In this document: positions 49,002-59,296 of the stretch, piece by piece
Numbering within the stretch: the stretch's first letter is position 1
Layout: every line of letters starts with the position of its first letter
NCBI GenBank assembly: GCA_002716405.1
Contig: PBBA01000006.1
Span: 289,683 to 353,682, forward strand
Reading direction: 5' to 3'
Source of the DNA: Chloroflexota bacterium
GTDB lineage: Bacteria; Chloroflexota; Dehalococcoidia; UBA2979
DNA: 64,000 bases
Notes under the pieces: generated by a model
The model's input: only the letters and a program-made list of their open reading frames with translations
Databases searched by the model: none
What the model was told of the DNA's origin: nothing
Made by a program: the position numbers and the translations under genes

Positions 49002-49229
49002 TTATTCTTCAGTTTGAATTTCAGAATTAGAAAGATTATTACGCTCTCTAATTAAAGTTTTAATTCTTGCAATTTTTCTTCGAGCTCTCTTCACTTGAGA
49101 AACATCTTCAAGCTGCCTAGTTGAAGCTTGAAAGCGTAAGTTAAATAAAGCTTGATGTGCTTCTTCTAAATCTTGAGCTAACTCTTCATTTGTTTTTTCT
49201 CTTAACTCTTGTGTGTCGGTAGATCCCAT
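49002..49229 (-). CDS. rpmC: 50S ribosomal protein L29
   Basis: ELREKTNEELAQDLEEAHQALFNLRFQ. The ATG at 49229 lies 1 nt after the rplP stop; the track start at 49247 is the alternative. Confidence 0.9.
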   Translation of the reverse strand: MGSTDTQELREKTNEELAQDLEEAHQALFNLRFQASTRQLEDVSQVKRARRKIARIKTLIRERNNLSNSEIQTEE

Positions 49230-49230
49230 T

Positions 49231-49647
49231 TTAGAAAACATCCTCACGAGTAATTACTTTAGTATCTACTGGTAATTTATGGTGTGCTCGACGAAATGCT
49301 TCTCGAGCTGCTTCTTCAGGAACACCTGCTACCTCAAACATCACCCTGCCTCTTTTTACAACAGCAACCCAACGATCAGTCGCACCTTTACCCTTCCCCA
49401 TACGAACTTCCACAGGCTTCTTCGTTATTGGCTTATCTGGGAATATTCGAATCCAAACCTTACCACCTCTTCTTAGAGAACCCGTAATCGCACGCCTCGC
49501 AGACTCAATTTGTCTGGCATCGATCCAAGCTGTCGTTTGTGCCTGTAGGCCATATTCACCAAAAGCAACTGTATTACCTACAGAAGACTTACCTCTTCGC
49601 TTTCCACGGAATTGTTTTCGATATTTAGTTTGCCTTGGCATCAACAT
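49231..49647 (-). CDS. rplP: 50S ribosomal protein L16
   Basis: [19 protein letters not shown]. Confidence 0.94.
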   Translation of the reverse strand: MLMPRQTKYRKQFRGKRRGKSSVGNTVAFGEYGLQAQTTAWIDARQIESARRAITGSLRRGGKVWIRIFPDKPITKKPVEVRMGKGKGATDRWVAVVKRGRVMFEVAGVPEEAAREAFRRAHHKLPVDTKVITREDVF

Positions 49648-49650
49648 GAT

Positions 49651-50319
49651 TTACTCCGATCCCTCTACCTTAATTAGACCTAGAGGATTAGTTTCATCAG
49701 AAATATCACCTTTGTAAATCCAACACTTAACTCCGATCTTCCCAAATGTAGTTTCAGCTTCAGCTAAACCATAATCAACATCAGCGCGTAAAGTATGTAA
49801 CGGTACCCTGCCTTGCATTTCTTGTTCCGCACGGGACATTTCAGAACCACCTAAACGCCCGCTAATTTTAATACGACAACCTAGGGCACCACGCTGCATT
49901 GTTCGTTGCACACCCTGTTTCATTGCGCGACGAAAAGCGACTCTTTTTTCAAGTTGATCAGCGACAGACTGAGCAACTAAGTATGCATCGAGCTCTGCGA
50001 CACGAATTTCTTCAATGTTTAGCCGAATTCTCTTATCTGTAGCGGCCTGGAGTTTTTCTCTTAAAATTTCAGCATTTTGCCCTCCACGGCCAATGACAAT
50101 ACCTGGCTTTGCTGTTCGAATTGTCAGTGTAATTTGATTGGCATTTCTGTCCACAAGAACTTGTGAAATACCAGCCTCTGTTTGTTCTTCGAGAATTAAA
50201 TTACGTAACTTCAAATCTTCAGCCACCAAAGCGGTGTAGTTTTTTTCAGCAAACCATTTCGATTGCCAATCTTTATAAATGCCTACTCTAAAGCCATAAG
50301 GATGAACTTTTCTTCCCAT
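49651..50319 (-). CDS. rpsC: 30S ribosomal protein S3
   Basis: MGRKVHPYGFRVGI. Confidence 0.94.
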   Translation of the reverse strand: MGRKVHPYGFRVGIYKDWQSKWFAEKNYTALVAEDLKLRNLILEEQTEAGISQVLVDRNANQITLTIRTAKPGIVIGRGGQNAEILREKLQAATDKRIRLNIEEIRVAELDAYLVAQSVADQLEKRVAFRRAMKQGVQRTMQRGALGCRIKISGRLGGSEMSRAEQEMQGRVPLHTLRADVDYGLAEAETTFGKIGVKCWIYKGDISDETNPLGLIKVEGSE

Positions 50320-50321
50320 AA

Positions 50322-50660
50322 CTAAAGCTCTCCTCCCTCTAAAATAACTTCAATATGTGCATATCTTTTCAATCGAGGTGCGGCCCTTCCTCTTGAACGT
50401 GCCTTATATCTTTTCAACATACGACCATCGCCAGCAGCAACAGTCTTCACGACTAACTCATCAGGATCAATTCCAAAATTATTTTCCGCATTAGCAGCTG
50501 CAGAACCAACAAGCTTCCGAACCATTCGAGCAGAAGGTTGTGGTAAAAATTCCAACAAAGCCATTGCTTTAGGTACTGGCATACCTTTGATTTGATTTAA
50601 GACCAATCTAACCTTTTGAGGTGAGACTGGTTGATCAGTAGCTAATGCGCGAACTTCCAT
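50322..50660 (-). CDS. rplV: 50S ribosomal protein L22
   Basis: VSPQKVRLVLNQIKG. Confidence 0.93.
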   Translation of the reverse strand: MEVRALATDQPVSPQKVRLVLNQIKGMPVPKAMALLEFLPQPSARMVRKLVGSAAANAENNFGIDPDELVVKTVAAGDGRMLKRYKARSRGRAAPRLKRYAHIEVILEGGEL

Positions 50661-50683
50661 TTTTATAATTCCTTACAAACTAT

Positions 50684-50968
50684 CTAACGTACACGTGAGG
50701 TACTTTCAGTACGCCCACGGTGCCCTCTAAAAGTTCGAGTAAATGCGAATTCGCCTAATTTATGACCTACCATATTCTCTGTGCAGAAAACAGGTATATG
50801 CCTTCTACCATCATGCACAGCAATCGTTAAACCAACCATCTCAGGTAAAATAGTGGATGAACGTGACCAAGTCCGGATTACTTCTTTTTTCCCAGATGCC
50901 TGAACAGCAAGAACTTTCTTCATTAATTTTGGATGTACAAAAGGACCTTTTTTAGTAGATCGTGACAT
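50684..50968 (-). CDS. rpsS: 30S ribosomal protein S19
   Basis: [11 protein letters not shown]...[16 protein letters not shown]. Confidence 0.94.
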   Translation of the reverse strand: MSRSTKKGPFVHPKLMKKVLAVQASGKKEVIRTWSRSSTILPEMVGLTIAVHDGRRHIPVFCTENMVGHKLGEFAFTRTFRGHRGRTESTSRVR

Positions 50969-50976
50969 AATTTATC

Positions 50977-51810
50977 CTACCTTCGTCCTTGATCTCTTCG
51001 ACGAACTATATATTTGCTGGTCTGTTTGTTACGCCTTGTCCTAAATCCTAATGCCGGCTTACCCCAAGGTGTCTTTGGTCCAGCCATTCCAACTGGAGCC
51101 TTTCCTTCACCACCACCATGCGGATGATCAACTGGATTCATCGCAGATCCTCTAACCTGAGGCCTTTTACCTCTATGTCGATTTCGACCAGCTTTTCCTA
51201 ATTTAATTTGACCATGTTCAGCGTTACCGACAGTACCTATTGTTGCAGAACATTGCTCAAGTACTTGTCGCATTTCACCAGACGGCATTCTTAAAAGTGC
51301 ATATCCTTGATCTCGAGCCATAAGCCTTATATCCACACCTGCTGAACGTCCTAATTGCCCTCCGCGACCTGGCTGCATTTCAACATTATGTACAGGCGTA
51401 CCTATAGGAATTCGTGAAAGTGGTAAAGCATTACCTACAGAAATAGGAGCATTTTCTCCAGCTAGAATTTGTGCTCCAACATTTAGACCATCAGGAGCAA
51501 GAATATATCGTTTTTCACCATCAGCATAAAAAATCAACGCTAATCTAGCACTGCGGTTTGGATCATATTCTATAGCAGCAACATTACCAGGAACTCCTAT
51601 CTTATCTCTTTTAAAATCAACGATTCGAATTTGCCTTTTATGTCCTCCACCTCGACGTCGGACAGAGATTTTTCCATGCGCACGCCCTGAATTTCGCTTC
51701 TTGGAAACAAGCAAACTTTTTTCAGGCTTTTTCTTTGTAATTTCTTCAAAGGTAAAACCTGACGAGTTACGTCTTCCAGGAGATGTGGGTCGAAAATTAC
51801 GTATTGGCAT
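50977..51810 (-). CDS. rplB: 50S ribosomal protein L2
   Basis: RPTSPGRR...[13 protein letters not shown]. Confidence 0.95.
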   Translation of the reverse strand: MPIRNFRPTSPGRRNSSGFTFEEITKKKPEKSLLVSKKRNSGRAHGKISVRRRGGGHKRQIRIVDFKRDKIGVPGNVAAIEYDPNRSARLALIFYADGEKRYILAPDGLNVGAQILAGENAPISVGNALPLSRIPIGTPVHNVEMQPGRGGQLGRSAGVDIRLMARDQGYALLRMPSGEMRQVLEQCSATIGTVGNAEHGQIKLGKAGRNRHRGKRPQVRGSAMNPVDHPHGGGEGKAPVGMAGPKTPWGKPALGFRTRRNKQTSKYIVRRRDQGRR

Positions 51811-52112
51811 TATACACCCTCAAAAAATTCAATTTGATCATCACCATCCAAAGTAACAATCGCCTTTTTATAAGTAGGCGGATTCCCAGCCCTTCTCCCA
51901 AAACGTGAACGAGGTCTCCGACCTCGTTCATTAGAGGTATTAACCGCAGTTACGGTAACGTCAAACAACTGTTCAACAGCAGTTTTAATCTGATTTTTAT
52001 TAGCATTTTTATGTACCTCAAAGACATATTTACCTTGAGCACTCAACATTGTACTTTTCTCTGTAATTACAGGACGGCGAAGAACTTCGTATGGATGAAT
52101 TGATTTAGTCAT
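51810..52112 (-). CDS. rplW: 50S ribosomal protein L23
   Basis: [10 protein letters not shown]...[14 protein letters not shown]. Confidence 0.93.
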   Translation of the reverse strand: MTKSIHPYEVLRRPVITEKSTMLSAQGKYVFEVHKNANKNQIKTAVEQLFDVTVTAVNTSNERGRRPRSRFGRRAGNPPTYKKAIVTLDGDDQIEFFEGV

Positions 52113-52118
52113 CGAAAT

Positions 52119-52784
52119 TTACCCTTCTACCTCTGAAAGCGTATCAACTTTACTATTACTTCTACTTCCCCAAAGATCTTCTATTCTCCTAACTGCATCA
52201 ACAGTCAATAACATATGCTCGAATGAGAGCATGTCGATAACACTTAATATATCTGCTTGAGTAACACTGGTACGTGGAATATTTCTTGTTGATCTAACAA
52301 TAGTCTGATCAATATCTTCAGTTACTATTAAACTTGGTCCACTAATGCCCAGTTCATCAAAAATATTAATAATTGATTTAGTTGATGGCTTTTCCAATTC
52401 GATAGAATTTACAACAGTAATTTTTTCGTTTAGGACCCTATCTGACAAGACAGAACAAATCGCCAAATGCTTCATTTTTCTAGGTAATCTTTGAGTATAC
52501 TTACGGGGTTTTGGTCCAAATGCCACACCGCCACCTCGACGGACAGGTGTTCGATTAGAACCAACTCGAGCCATACCCAGACCTTTTTGGCGACGAAGTT
52601 TACGAGTTGATCCTCTTACTTCACCACGAGTCTTAGTATTTGCAGAGCCACTTCTTCTTGCAGCTAACTGAGCCACTAATACTTGGTGAACTACTGGTTC
52701 ATTAGGAGTAATACCAAAAACAGAATCTTCAACTTCTATAGACTCCAGATCTGCACCTTTGACATCAACAACTTTCAATTTCAT
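52119..52784 (-). CDS. rplD: 50S ribosomal protein L4
   Basis: RQKGLGMARVGSNRTPVRRGGGVAFGPKPR. Confidence 0.93.
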   Translation of the reverse strand: MKLKVVDVKGADLESIEVEDSVFGITPNEPVVHQVLVAQLAARRSGSANTKTRGEVRGSTRKLRRQKGLGMARVGSNRTPVRRGGGVAFGPKPRKYTQRLPRKMKHLAICSVLSDRVLNEKITVVNSIELEKPSTKSIINIFDELGISGPSLIVTEDIDQTIVRSTRNIPRTSVTQADILSVIDMLSFEHMLLTVDAVRRIEDLWGSRSNSKVDTLSEVEG

Positions 52785-53602
52785 ACATCGTCCTCCGTAT
52801 CAGAAGGATTAGAGGTTTCTTCGGATGTGTCATCATCCACTTTTTCTGCAACAACAGTTTCTTCGGATGTGTCACCTTCATCAATTGGAGTATCTGACTG
52901 AATATCTGCTTCTTCCAGTTGATCAAGATCAAATATAGGGGGAGCATAGTCAGACAATGGATTACGTCTACCATGAGCAATTATGACAGTACCATTACGT
53001 GGTCCAGGCACAGCGCCTTGGACAAAAATCAATTGACGAGCTGGGTCTGAATAAACAACTAGCAAATTCAAAGAGGTTCGACGCCTATTCCCCATATGTC
53101 CGGCCATCTTCTGACCTTTCCATACACGGCCTGGTGTTGTACCTGCTCCAATTGAACCTGGTGCTCTATGACGGTCTGATTGACCATGGGTTTTTGGACC
53201 ACCTCTAAAATTCCACCGGCGCACTCCTCCAGCGAAACCTCGTCCTTTAGTAGTACCAGTGACATTAACAAATGTTCCAGGTTCAAATTGATCAGCACCT
53301 ATTGCTTGGCCAACCTCAAAAGAATCACTTTCCAAAACACGGAATTCACGAAGCTCACTTAAAGATTCTGCCTCACTTTTACGTAAATGCCCCGACTCAG
53401 GCTTGTTAATTCGATGGCGCTTGCCAGGTGCACCCACTTGAACAGCTTGGTAACCATCTCGATCTTGTGTTCTTATTTGAGTAATACGATTCCCAGTGAC
53501 TTCAATAACTGTTACACCTCTTGCACGACCAGAAGCATCGAATACTGTCATCATGCCTACTTTTCTTCCGATCAGACCTGGGGTTTGCTGAGTAGTAACC
53601 AT
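52781..53602 (-). CDS. rplC: 50S ribosomal protein L3 with an ~57-aa acidic C-terminal extension
   Basis: GLIGRKVGMMTVFD...FRGGPKTHGQSDRHRAPGSIG core. The ATG at 53602 has AGGTG 6 nt upstream. The tail ...DEGDTSEETVVAEKVDDDTSEETSNPSDTEDDV overlaps the rplD start (ATGA). Confidence 0.92.
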   Translation of the reverse strand: MVTTQQTPGLIGRKVGMMTVFDASGRARGVTVIEVTGNRITQIRTQDRDGYQAVQVGAPGKRHRINKPESGHLRKSEAESLSELREFRVLESDSFEVGQAIGADQFEPGTFVNVTGTTKGRGFAGGVRRWNFRGGPKTHGQSDRHRAPGSIGAGTTPGRVWKGQKMAGHMGNRRRTSLNLLVVYSDPARQLIFVQGAVPGPRNGTVIIAHGRRNPLSDYAPPIFDLDQLEEADIQSDTPIDEGDTSEETVVAEKVDDDTSEETSNPSDTEDDV

Positions 53603-53611
53603 CTTCAACAC

Positions 53612-53920
53612 CTATAGCTTTATCTCTATGTCAACACCTGAAGGCAATTGTAAACGCATCAATGTATCGACTGTTCGTGAAGTTGGTTGCAAGATATCGA
53701 TTAATCTTTTATGGGTGCGTGTTTCAAACTGATCCCTTGAGTCTTTATCAATAAAGGGAGATCGTATAACTGCGTACTTTCTAATACGCGTAGGCAATGG
53801 TACAGGCCCAGCTACAACAGCACCTGTCCGTTCGGCGGATTCAACAATTTGACGCGCAGATGCATCAAGAACCCTATGGTCAAAAGAACGAAGTTTTATT
53901 CGGATTCGTTGTTGTGACAC
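53612..53920 (-). CDS. rpsJ: 30S ribosomal protein S10
   Basis: [16 protein letters not shown]. Confidence 0.94.
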   Translation of the reverse strand: MSQQRIRIKLRSFDHRVLDASARQIVESAERTGAVVAGPVPLPTRIRKYAVIRSPFIDKDSRDQFETRTHKRLIDILQPTSRTVDTLMRLQLPSGVDIEIKL

Positions 53921-53960
53921 CGCTTACTCTCCTACACTTTCCTCGAAAGGTTATGACATC

Positions 53961-56042
53961 CTAAGATGCTGAATTTCCTTTTGCTATTTCTTCCGCAACT
54001 CTCTCTGGAACCTGCTCATAATGATCGAACTCCATCGAATAAGTTGCTCTTCCTTGAGATAAAGACCTTAACTGAGTTGAATATCCGAAAGTTTCTCCTA
54101 ACGGAATGAAAGCGTTAACTACTTGTGTATTACCTCTGGTCTCAGTTTGTTGAACCATCCCACGCCTAGAATTGATATCACCCAAAACATCTCCATAATA
54201 TTCTTCAGGAGAAACAACTTCCAATTTCATTATCGGCTCAAGAATTACTGAATTTGCTTTTTCGAGTGCAGATCTCATACCAATAGAACCCGCAGTTTCA
54301 AAAGCCATTTCTGAAGAATCAACGTCATGATAAGATCCGTCTACAACCCTGACACCAACATCAACCACTGGATATCCTGCCTTAATACCATTTGAAAGCG
54401 CCCCTTGAACGCCACGACGTACTGCAGGAATATATTCTCTTGGGATTGAACCTCCGACAGTTTTATCTTCAAACTGAAAACCTGTTCCTGGTGCAAGGGG
54501 TTCGACTTCTAAAACGCAATGTCCATATTGCCCTCGACCACCAGATTGACGTACAAAACGACCTTCAGCATTAGCAGGTTTACGAATAGTTTCACGATAA
54601 GATACTTGAGGACGACCAGTACTAGCTTCCACACTATATTCGCGACGCATACGATCTACAATCACTTCTAAATGCAACTCACCCATACCCGAAATAACTG
54701 TTTGACCAGTTTCATCGTCATAACGAACCCGAAAAGTAGGATCTTCTTCTCCTAATTTTTGTAATGCAGTTCCAAGTTTATTCTGGTCATCTCTAGTTTT
54801 TGGCTCAACCGCAACTGCAATTACTGGTTCAGGAAAGGTAATTGATTCAAGGATTACCTGATTCGATGGATCACATAATGTATCACCAGTAAAAGTATCT
54901 TTTAAACCTATTGCAGCAGCAATTTCTCCTGCATACACACGATCCACTTCTTCACGTGAATTAGCATGCATTTTCATAATACGACCCCAGCGTTCACGGT
55001 TGTTGCGAGTGGTATTCATAACTTGACCACCAGATTCCACAACCCCCGAATAAACTCTGAAAAACAATAAACGTCCTACAAAAGGATCAGCTACAACCTT
55101 AAATGCAAGAGCGGTAACTGGTTCATCATCCGAAGCGTTACGAAGAATTTCTTTATCTGGATCTTTAGTATCTTGAGCAATAATTGCGGGAACATCCAAA
55201 GGAGATGGTAAATATTCAACAACTGCATCTAACAAGGGTTGAACACCTTTATCCTTCAATGCCGAACCAGTAAAAACTGGTGTAATCGCATTTGATATTG
55301 TTGCTCGCCTTATACCACCTTTCAAATCTTCTTCCGTAATGTCTGATCCCTCAAGATATAATTCCATTAATTGCTCATCATTTTCAGCCACACGTTCCAG
55401 CATTAAAGCACGTGCTTCTTCCGCTGTATTTTCAAGGTTAGATGGAATATTTCGATATTCTACTTCTAGCCCATGATCACCAACAAAATAAGAGGCTTTC
55501 ATACTAATCAAATCCACTATGCCCTCAAAATCATCTTCAGCACCAATAGGGATTTGTATAGGAACTGGAACGGCAGCCAATCTATCAGAAATCATCTCAA
55601 CACAACGTTCAAAATTCGCACCCATCCGATCCATCTTGTTAACAAAGCAAATTCGAGGGACAGAATATTTATCAGCCTGACGCCAAACAGTTTCCGATTG
55701 AGGCTCTACACCTGCAACGCCATCAAAAACAACAACTCCACCATCCAAAACCCTTAAGGATCTTTCTACTTCAACGGTAAAATCAACATGACCAGGTGTA
55801 TCAATAATATTAATCGTGTGGTCTGCCCATTCACATGTTGTAGCAGCAGAAGTAATAGTTATTCCGCGTTCACGCTCTTGTTCCATCCAATCCATAACTG
55901 CAGTGCCTTCATGAGTTTCCCCTATCTTGTGTGAACGACCTGTATAAAAAAGAACACGTTCAGTTACAGTAGTTTTACCTGCATCAATATGCGCAATAAT
56001 GCCAATATTTCTAACTTGGTCGAGTACTCTAGAACGAGACAT
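53961..56042 (-). CDS. fusA: Elongation factor G
   Basis: [27 protein letters not shown]. Start taken at MSRSRVLDQ; the track TTG at 56066 abuts the rpsG stop. Confidence 0.94.
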   Translation of the reverse strand: MSRSRVLDQVRNIGIIAHIDAGKTTVTERVLFYTGRSHKIGETHEGTAVMDWMEQERERGITITSAATTCEWADHTINIIDTPGHVDFTVEVERSLRVLDGGVVVFDGVAGVEPQSETVWRQADKYSVPRICFVNKMDRMGANFERCVEMISDRLAAVPVPIQIPIGAEDDFEGIVDLISMKASYFVGDHGLEVEYRNIPSNLENTAEEARALMLERVAENDEQLMELYLEGSDITEEDLKGGIRRATISNAITPVFTGSALKDKGVQPLLDAVVEYLPSPLDVPAIIAQDTKDPDKEILRNASDDEPVTALAFKVVADPFVGRLLFFRVYSGVVESGGQVMNTTRNNRERWGRIMKMHANSREEVDRVYAGEIAAAIGLKDTFTGDTLCDPSNQVILESITFPEPVIAVAVEPKTRDDQNKLGTALQKLGEEDPTFRVRYDDETGQTVISGMGELHLEVIVDRMRREYSVEASTGRPQVSYRETIRKPANAEGRFVRQSGGRGQYGHCVLEVEPLAPGTGFQFEDKTVGGSIPREYIPAVRRGVQGALSNGIKAGYPVVDVGVRVVDGSYHDVDSSEMAFETAGSIGMRSALEKANSVILEPIMKLEVVSPEEYYGDVLGDINSRRGMVQQTETRGNTQVVNAFIPLGETFGYSTQLRSLSQGRATYSMEFDHYEQVPERVAEEIAKGNSAS

Positions 56043-56066
56043 TAATTCCTCTTTTTCAACGATCAA

Positions 56067-56534
56067 TCACCATCGATAATGGACAAAAGCTCTGTTTGCT
56101 TCAGCCATTCGGTGCACTTCATCTTTTCTTCTTACCGCATTACCAGTGTTATTTGCTGCATCAATTAACTCGAGGGCTAAACGTTCAATCATTGAACGAC
56201 CACTTCTTGCACGAGCTGCCTGCAATAGCCATCGTAATGCGAGCGCCTGGCGACGTTCTCCGCGAATATCTATAGGGACTTGGTAAGTGGCTCCACCTAC
56301 ACGACGAGGACGTACTTCAATAACAGGCGTTACATTCCTAACCGCCTGCTCAAATATATCAATACCTTGAGTACCTGAACGTTGAGCAGCTTCTTCAAAG
56401 GCTCCATAAACAATTTTTTCAGCAACGCTTTTCTTACCATTTTTCATGACATTGTTAACAAACTTAGAGACCACAGCAGAATTAAATCTTGGGTCAGGAA
56501 CCACAGTTCTTTGAATAGCTCTGTTACGCCGCAT
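56067..56534 (-). CDS. rpsG: 30S ribosomal protein S7
   Basis: [19 protein letters not shown]...; ends ...NRAFVHYRW. Confidence 0.94.
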   Translation of the reverse strand: MRRNRAIQRTVVPDPRFNSAVVSKFVNNVMKNGKKSVAEKIVYGAFEEAAQRSGTQGIDIFEQAVRNVTPVIEVRPRRVGGATYQVPIDIRGERRQALALRWLLQAARARSGRSMIERLALELIDAANNTGNAVRRKDEVHRMAEANRAFVHYRW

Positions 56535-56536
56535 TA

Positions 56537-56962
56537 TCAGCTCTTCCTAGTTCCGTATTTACTACGACCTTGCTTACGACCATCCACACCTGTGGCATCT
56601 AGAGCACCTCGAACAATATGATACCGAACACCGGGCAAGTCTTTCACACGACCTCCTCGAATCAAAACTACCGAGTGCTCTTGTAAAGTATGTCCTTCAC
56701 CAGGTATATAAGCGGTCACTTCAATACCATTTGAAAGGCGAACACGGGCAATTTTCCTAAGTGCAGAATTTGGTTTTTTGGGGGTAACTGTACGTACCTG
56801 AGTACACACACCTCTTTTTTGAGGAGATCCTTTAGGTGAACGACCCATTCGATTACTTAAAGTATTATAGCGAAAACGTAAAGCCGGTGCCTTCGTCTTC
56901 TTACGAACAGGTTTTCTTCCTTTGCGAACCAATTGACTAATAGTAGGCAATTGTGACCTCAT
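56537..56962 (-). CDS. rpsL: 30S ribosomal protein S12
   Basis: [12 protein letters not shown]...[10 protein letters not shown]. Confidence 0.94.
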   Translation of the reverse strand: MRSQLPTISQLVRKGRKPVRKKTKAPALRFRYNTLSNRMGRSPKGSPQKRGVCTQVRTVTPKKPNSALRKIARVRLSNGIEVTAYIPGEGHTLQEHSVVLIRGGRVKDLPGVRYHIVRGALDATGVDGRKQGRSKYGTRKS

Positions 56963-57112
56963 TTACTCTAAAATGAAACTTTATCGTAGACACAGCAAAC
57001 GGCCGAATGGCGTGCAATGAGCCAAGACGTGGTATCAAAACATGAAAAACCACCGGTCCCCATCACTCAACGGCCACCGACCGTGACTGGACTTCACACC
57101 TACAAGAGGCGC
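56963..57112 (-). promoter_or_regulatory. Long, locally GC-rich, hairpin-rich 5' leader of the rpsL-rpsG-fusA-S10 operon
   Basis: Example helix on the minus strand: CCA(G)UC-ACGGUC-GGU-GGCCGU-...-GAUGG. The composition differs clearly from the AT-rich surroundings. Confidence 0.45.
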
Positions 57113-57120
57113 GACCTATC

Positions 57121-57148
57121 ATTTTACCTTGACTCTTGACTCTGTCAA
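57121..57148 (-). promoter_or_regulatory. Near-consensus sigma-70 promoter upstream of rpsL
   Basis: On the minus strand: TTGACA, 16 nt, TAAAAT. Confidence 0.55.
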
Positions 57149-57167
57149 CAAACCTTACAGCAATTAT

Positions 57168-57923
57168 TTATACAAATTCGATAGCTCTAAATGATTCCTG
57201 ATACCTAATTTCGCTATCTTTACTGTTCTGAACATCACCATTATCACGTTCCTTAATAACTCTTTCTCGATAACGTGCCATAAGCATTTCTTCCGTACGC
57301 CCTTGCATTTGGGATTCATGAGCAAGAATTGAACGAATCTTAATCTTCATTACTGATGTTACATCTACCAAATAATCTGGATTATCTGTTCCAGCTAGCA
57401 ATAAAGCACTTGGCCTATGCGGTAATAACTTCTCGAATTTATGTTCTGGGTAAAATAAATGATCGTCTGCTGCAGGGTAAATAGCATCGTACGTCGCCCT
57501 ACCAGTTCTACGATGATCTCTATGATTAAAACCTGAACGAAAACCATCCCAGGTAATTACAAGATCTGGACGATGTAATCGTAGCTGACGTACCAATAAC
57601 CCTCTTAACTCATTAGAATTTTCTATATATCCATCAGCGAATCCCATGAATGTTGGCTCTTCAGCACCAAGAATATCAGCAGCTTTCCTCTGCTCCTGCT
57701 CGCGCTCAAAAGCTAATTGTTGAGCGGTAACAGAAGGATTTTTTGTCCCTTTATTTCCACTGGTAGTCACAACAATATGAACCGACCAACCCTTACTGCT
57801 TAATAATGCGACAGTACCACCACAAACAAATTCATTGTCATCAGGGTGCGCCATTACTACTAAAGCACGCTTTTGTCCGTTGACAGTCATACGTTCGATT
57901 AAATCTTCTGTTTGATTAGACAT
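57168..57923 (-). CDS. LmbE/PIG-L family deacetylase (MshB-like)
   Basis: LVVMAHPDDNEFVCGG and HRDHRR motifs. Immediately downstream of the MshA-like glycosyltransferase. Confidence 0.75.
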   Translation of the reverse strand: MSNQTEDLIERMTVNGQKRALVVMAHPDDNEFVCGGTVALLSSKGWSVHIVVTTSGNKGTKNPSVTAQQLAFEREQEQRKAADILGAEEPTFMGFADGYIENSNELRGLLVRQLRLHRPDLVITWDGFRSGFNHRDHRRTGRATYDAIYPAADDHLFYPEHKFEKLLPHRPSALLLAGTDNPDYLVDVTSVMKIKIRSILAHESQMQGRTEEMLMARYRERVIKERDNGDVQNSKDSEIRYQESFRAIEFV

Positions 57924-57953
57924 ATTTTTCTAGCTAACAAAATTATAAAAACT

Positions 57954-59207
57954 CTATGCACCTGCAACTTCTGAGGTAACAGAAATTATTGATTCATCTT
58001 CAATAAGTAATCGGAAGACATTGCACAATTGTATCGCAACTGCATCCCAGCTATAACTTCTCATGTTTTCAACACCTATCTTACCAAAATCACTACGTAA
58101 TTTAGGATCATTAAGCAGTAAGTTTATTTTTTCACCAAATTGATCTGAACTCCCTGGTGGTATTAAAAATCCTGCCCGACCATGTTCAACTGTTAAAGCA
58201 AGACCTCCAACATTGGAAGCTACTACAGGAACTCCGGAAGCCATAGCCTCTACTGCAACAAGACCAAATGATTCAGAAAAAGACGGGATGACAACTACGT
58301 CAGCTGCGCGATAATAAATAGGTAGTTTCGAGTGATCAACAGAACCAATAAATTTAACTTTATGCGCAATACCTACTTGCATCGCAATATCTTTTAAACG
58401 ACTAATCTCAACACTGGCTGCTTTGTCACCTCCTATTATAACAAGTTGGTACGGCATCTCTGGATCAACATAAGACATTGCACGAATTAAAACATCCAAT
58501 CCTTTAAGTGGTTCCACTCTACCAACAGCTAGAACAATTTTATCTTCATTGTAAAACTTCAACTTTTCTCTAGCATAACTCTGCAATTTTTCTTCAAAAA
58601 AATCAGGCCCTACTCCAAGTGGGACCACACTAATATTATCTTCAGACACACCATAAATTATTCTCATAATTTCTTTCTCATCGGAAGTGGCGGCTATAAT
58701 GCGATCTAACTTGCCAATCAATCTTCGCTCTGTATCCAGTCGCACCTGCGTTTCTTTTTCTGAAGCTAATGCCTCTAGTTTAACTTCCGCTAGTGTGTGA
58801 AACATCCCAATATGTGGGATATCCCAATCATGCGCTAACGTTTCACCTGCAAGCATAGACAGCCAATAGTGTGAAAAAATTAATGCGTAATCATCATCAA
58901 AATTCTCAACAATTTTCTTTATATTTGTTGTAAAACTATTAATCCATAATGAAAGATCGTTCTTGTTAACTACTGCAATAGGCCCGGCATCAATATGAAA
59001 TAAACGTAATCCTTCATCAAGCTCTATAATCGAAGGAACTTCCTGCTCTTCACGTCTAGTAAAAATGTCTACTTGAAAACCTTTATCTGTCAGCCTTTTA
59101 GACACTTCGCGTATATATACATTCATACCACCCGAAACGGATCCACCTAAGATCGCTAAAGGAGATGTGTGAAAAGATAGCAGTGCAATACGAGGAAATT
59201 TATTCAT
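57954..59207 (-). CDS. GT4 glycosyltransferase, MshA-like (D-inositol-3-phosphate glycosyltransferase type)
   Basis: N-terminus IALLSFHTSPLAILGGSVSGGMNVYIREVSKRL...VDIFTRR resembles the recalled MshA signature HTSPL..PG.GD.GGMNVY...FTR. C-terminal GT-B motif ESFGLVAVEAMASGVPVV. Confidence 0.7.
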   Translation of the reverse strand: MNKFPRIALLSFHTSPLAILGGSVSGGMNVYIREVSKRLTDKGFQVDIFTRREEQEVPSIIELDEGLRLFHIDAGPIAVVNKNDLSLWINSFTTNIKKIVENFDDDYALIFSHYWLSMLAGETLAHDWDIPHIGMFHTLAEVKLEALASEKETQVRLDTERRLIGKLDRIIAATSDEKEIMRIIYGVSEDNISVVPLGVGPDFFEEKLQSYAREKLKFYNEDKIVLAVGRVEPLKGLDVLIRAMSYVDPEMPYQLVIIGGDKAASVEISRLKDIAMQVGIAHKVKFIGSVDHSKLPIYYRAADVVVIPSFSESFGLVAVEAMASGVPVVASNVGGLALTVEHGRAGFLIPPGSSDQFGEKINLLLNDPKLRSDFGKIGVENMRSYSWDAVAIQLCNVFRLLIEDESIISVTSEVAGA

Positions 59208-59227
59208 AGTCCTTCATTTAATACTAT

Positions 59228-59269
59228 TTTTAGAATTATATAAAAGCTTATCTTTATAAAATTCTAAAA
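59228..59269 (-). terminator. AT-rich extended hairpin between thrC and the MshA-like gene
   Basis: 10-bp arms ttttagaatt / aattctaaaa with a further imperfectly paired interior. Confidence 0.35.
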
Positions 59270-59296
59270 CCATGTTCACCCTTACTTTTATGTTCA

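Noticed and set aside
52765-53298. Alternative-frame minus-strand ORFs 52765..52980 and 53068..53298, and plus-strand ORFs within rplC/rplD
   Set aside because: They overlap the well-supported L3/L4 reading frames and are artefacts of the repeated acidic-tail sequence and AT-poor local composition.
56963-57112. GC-rich rpsL leader considered as an SRP RNA, 6S RNA or tmRNA gene
   Set aside because: I could not find the diagnostic motifs of those RNAs. I report it only as an unclassified structured leader.
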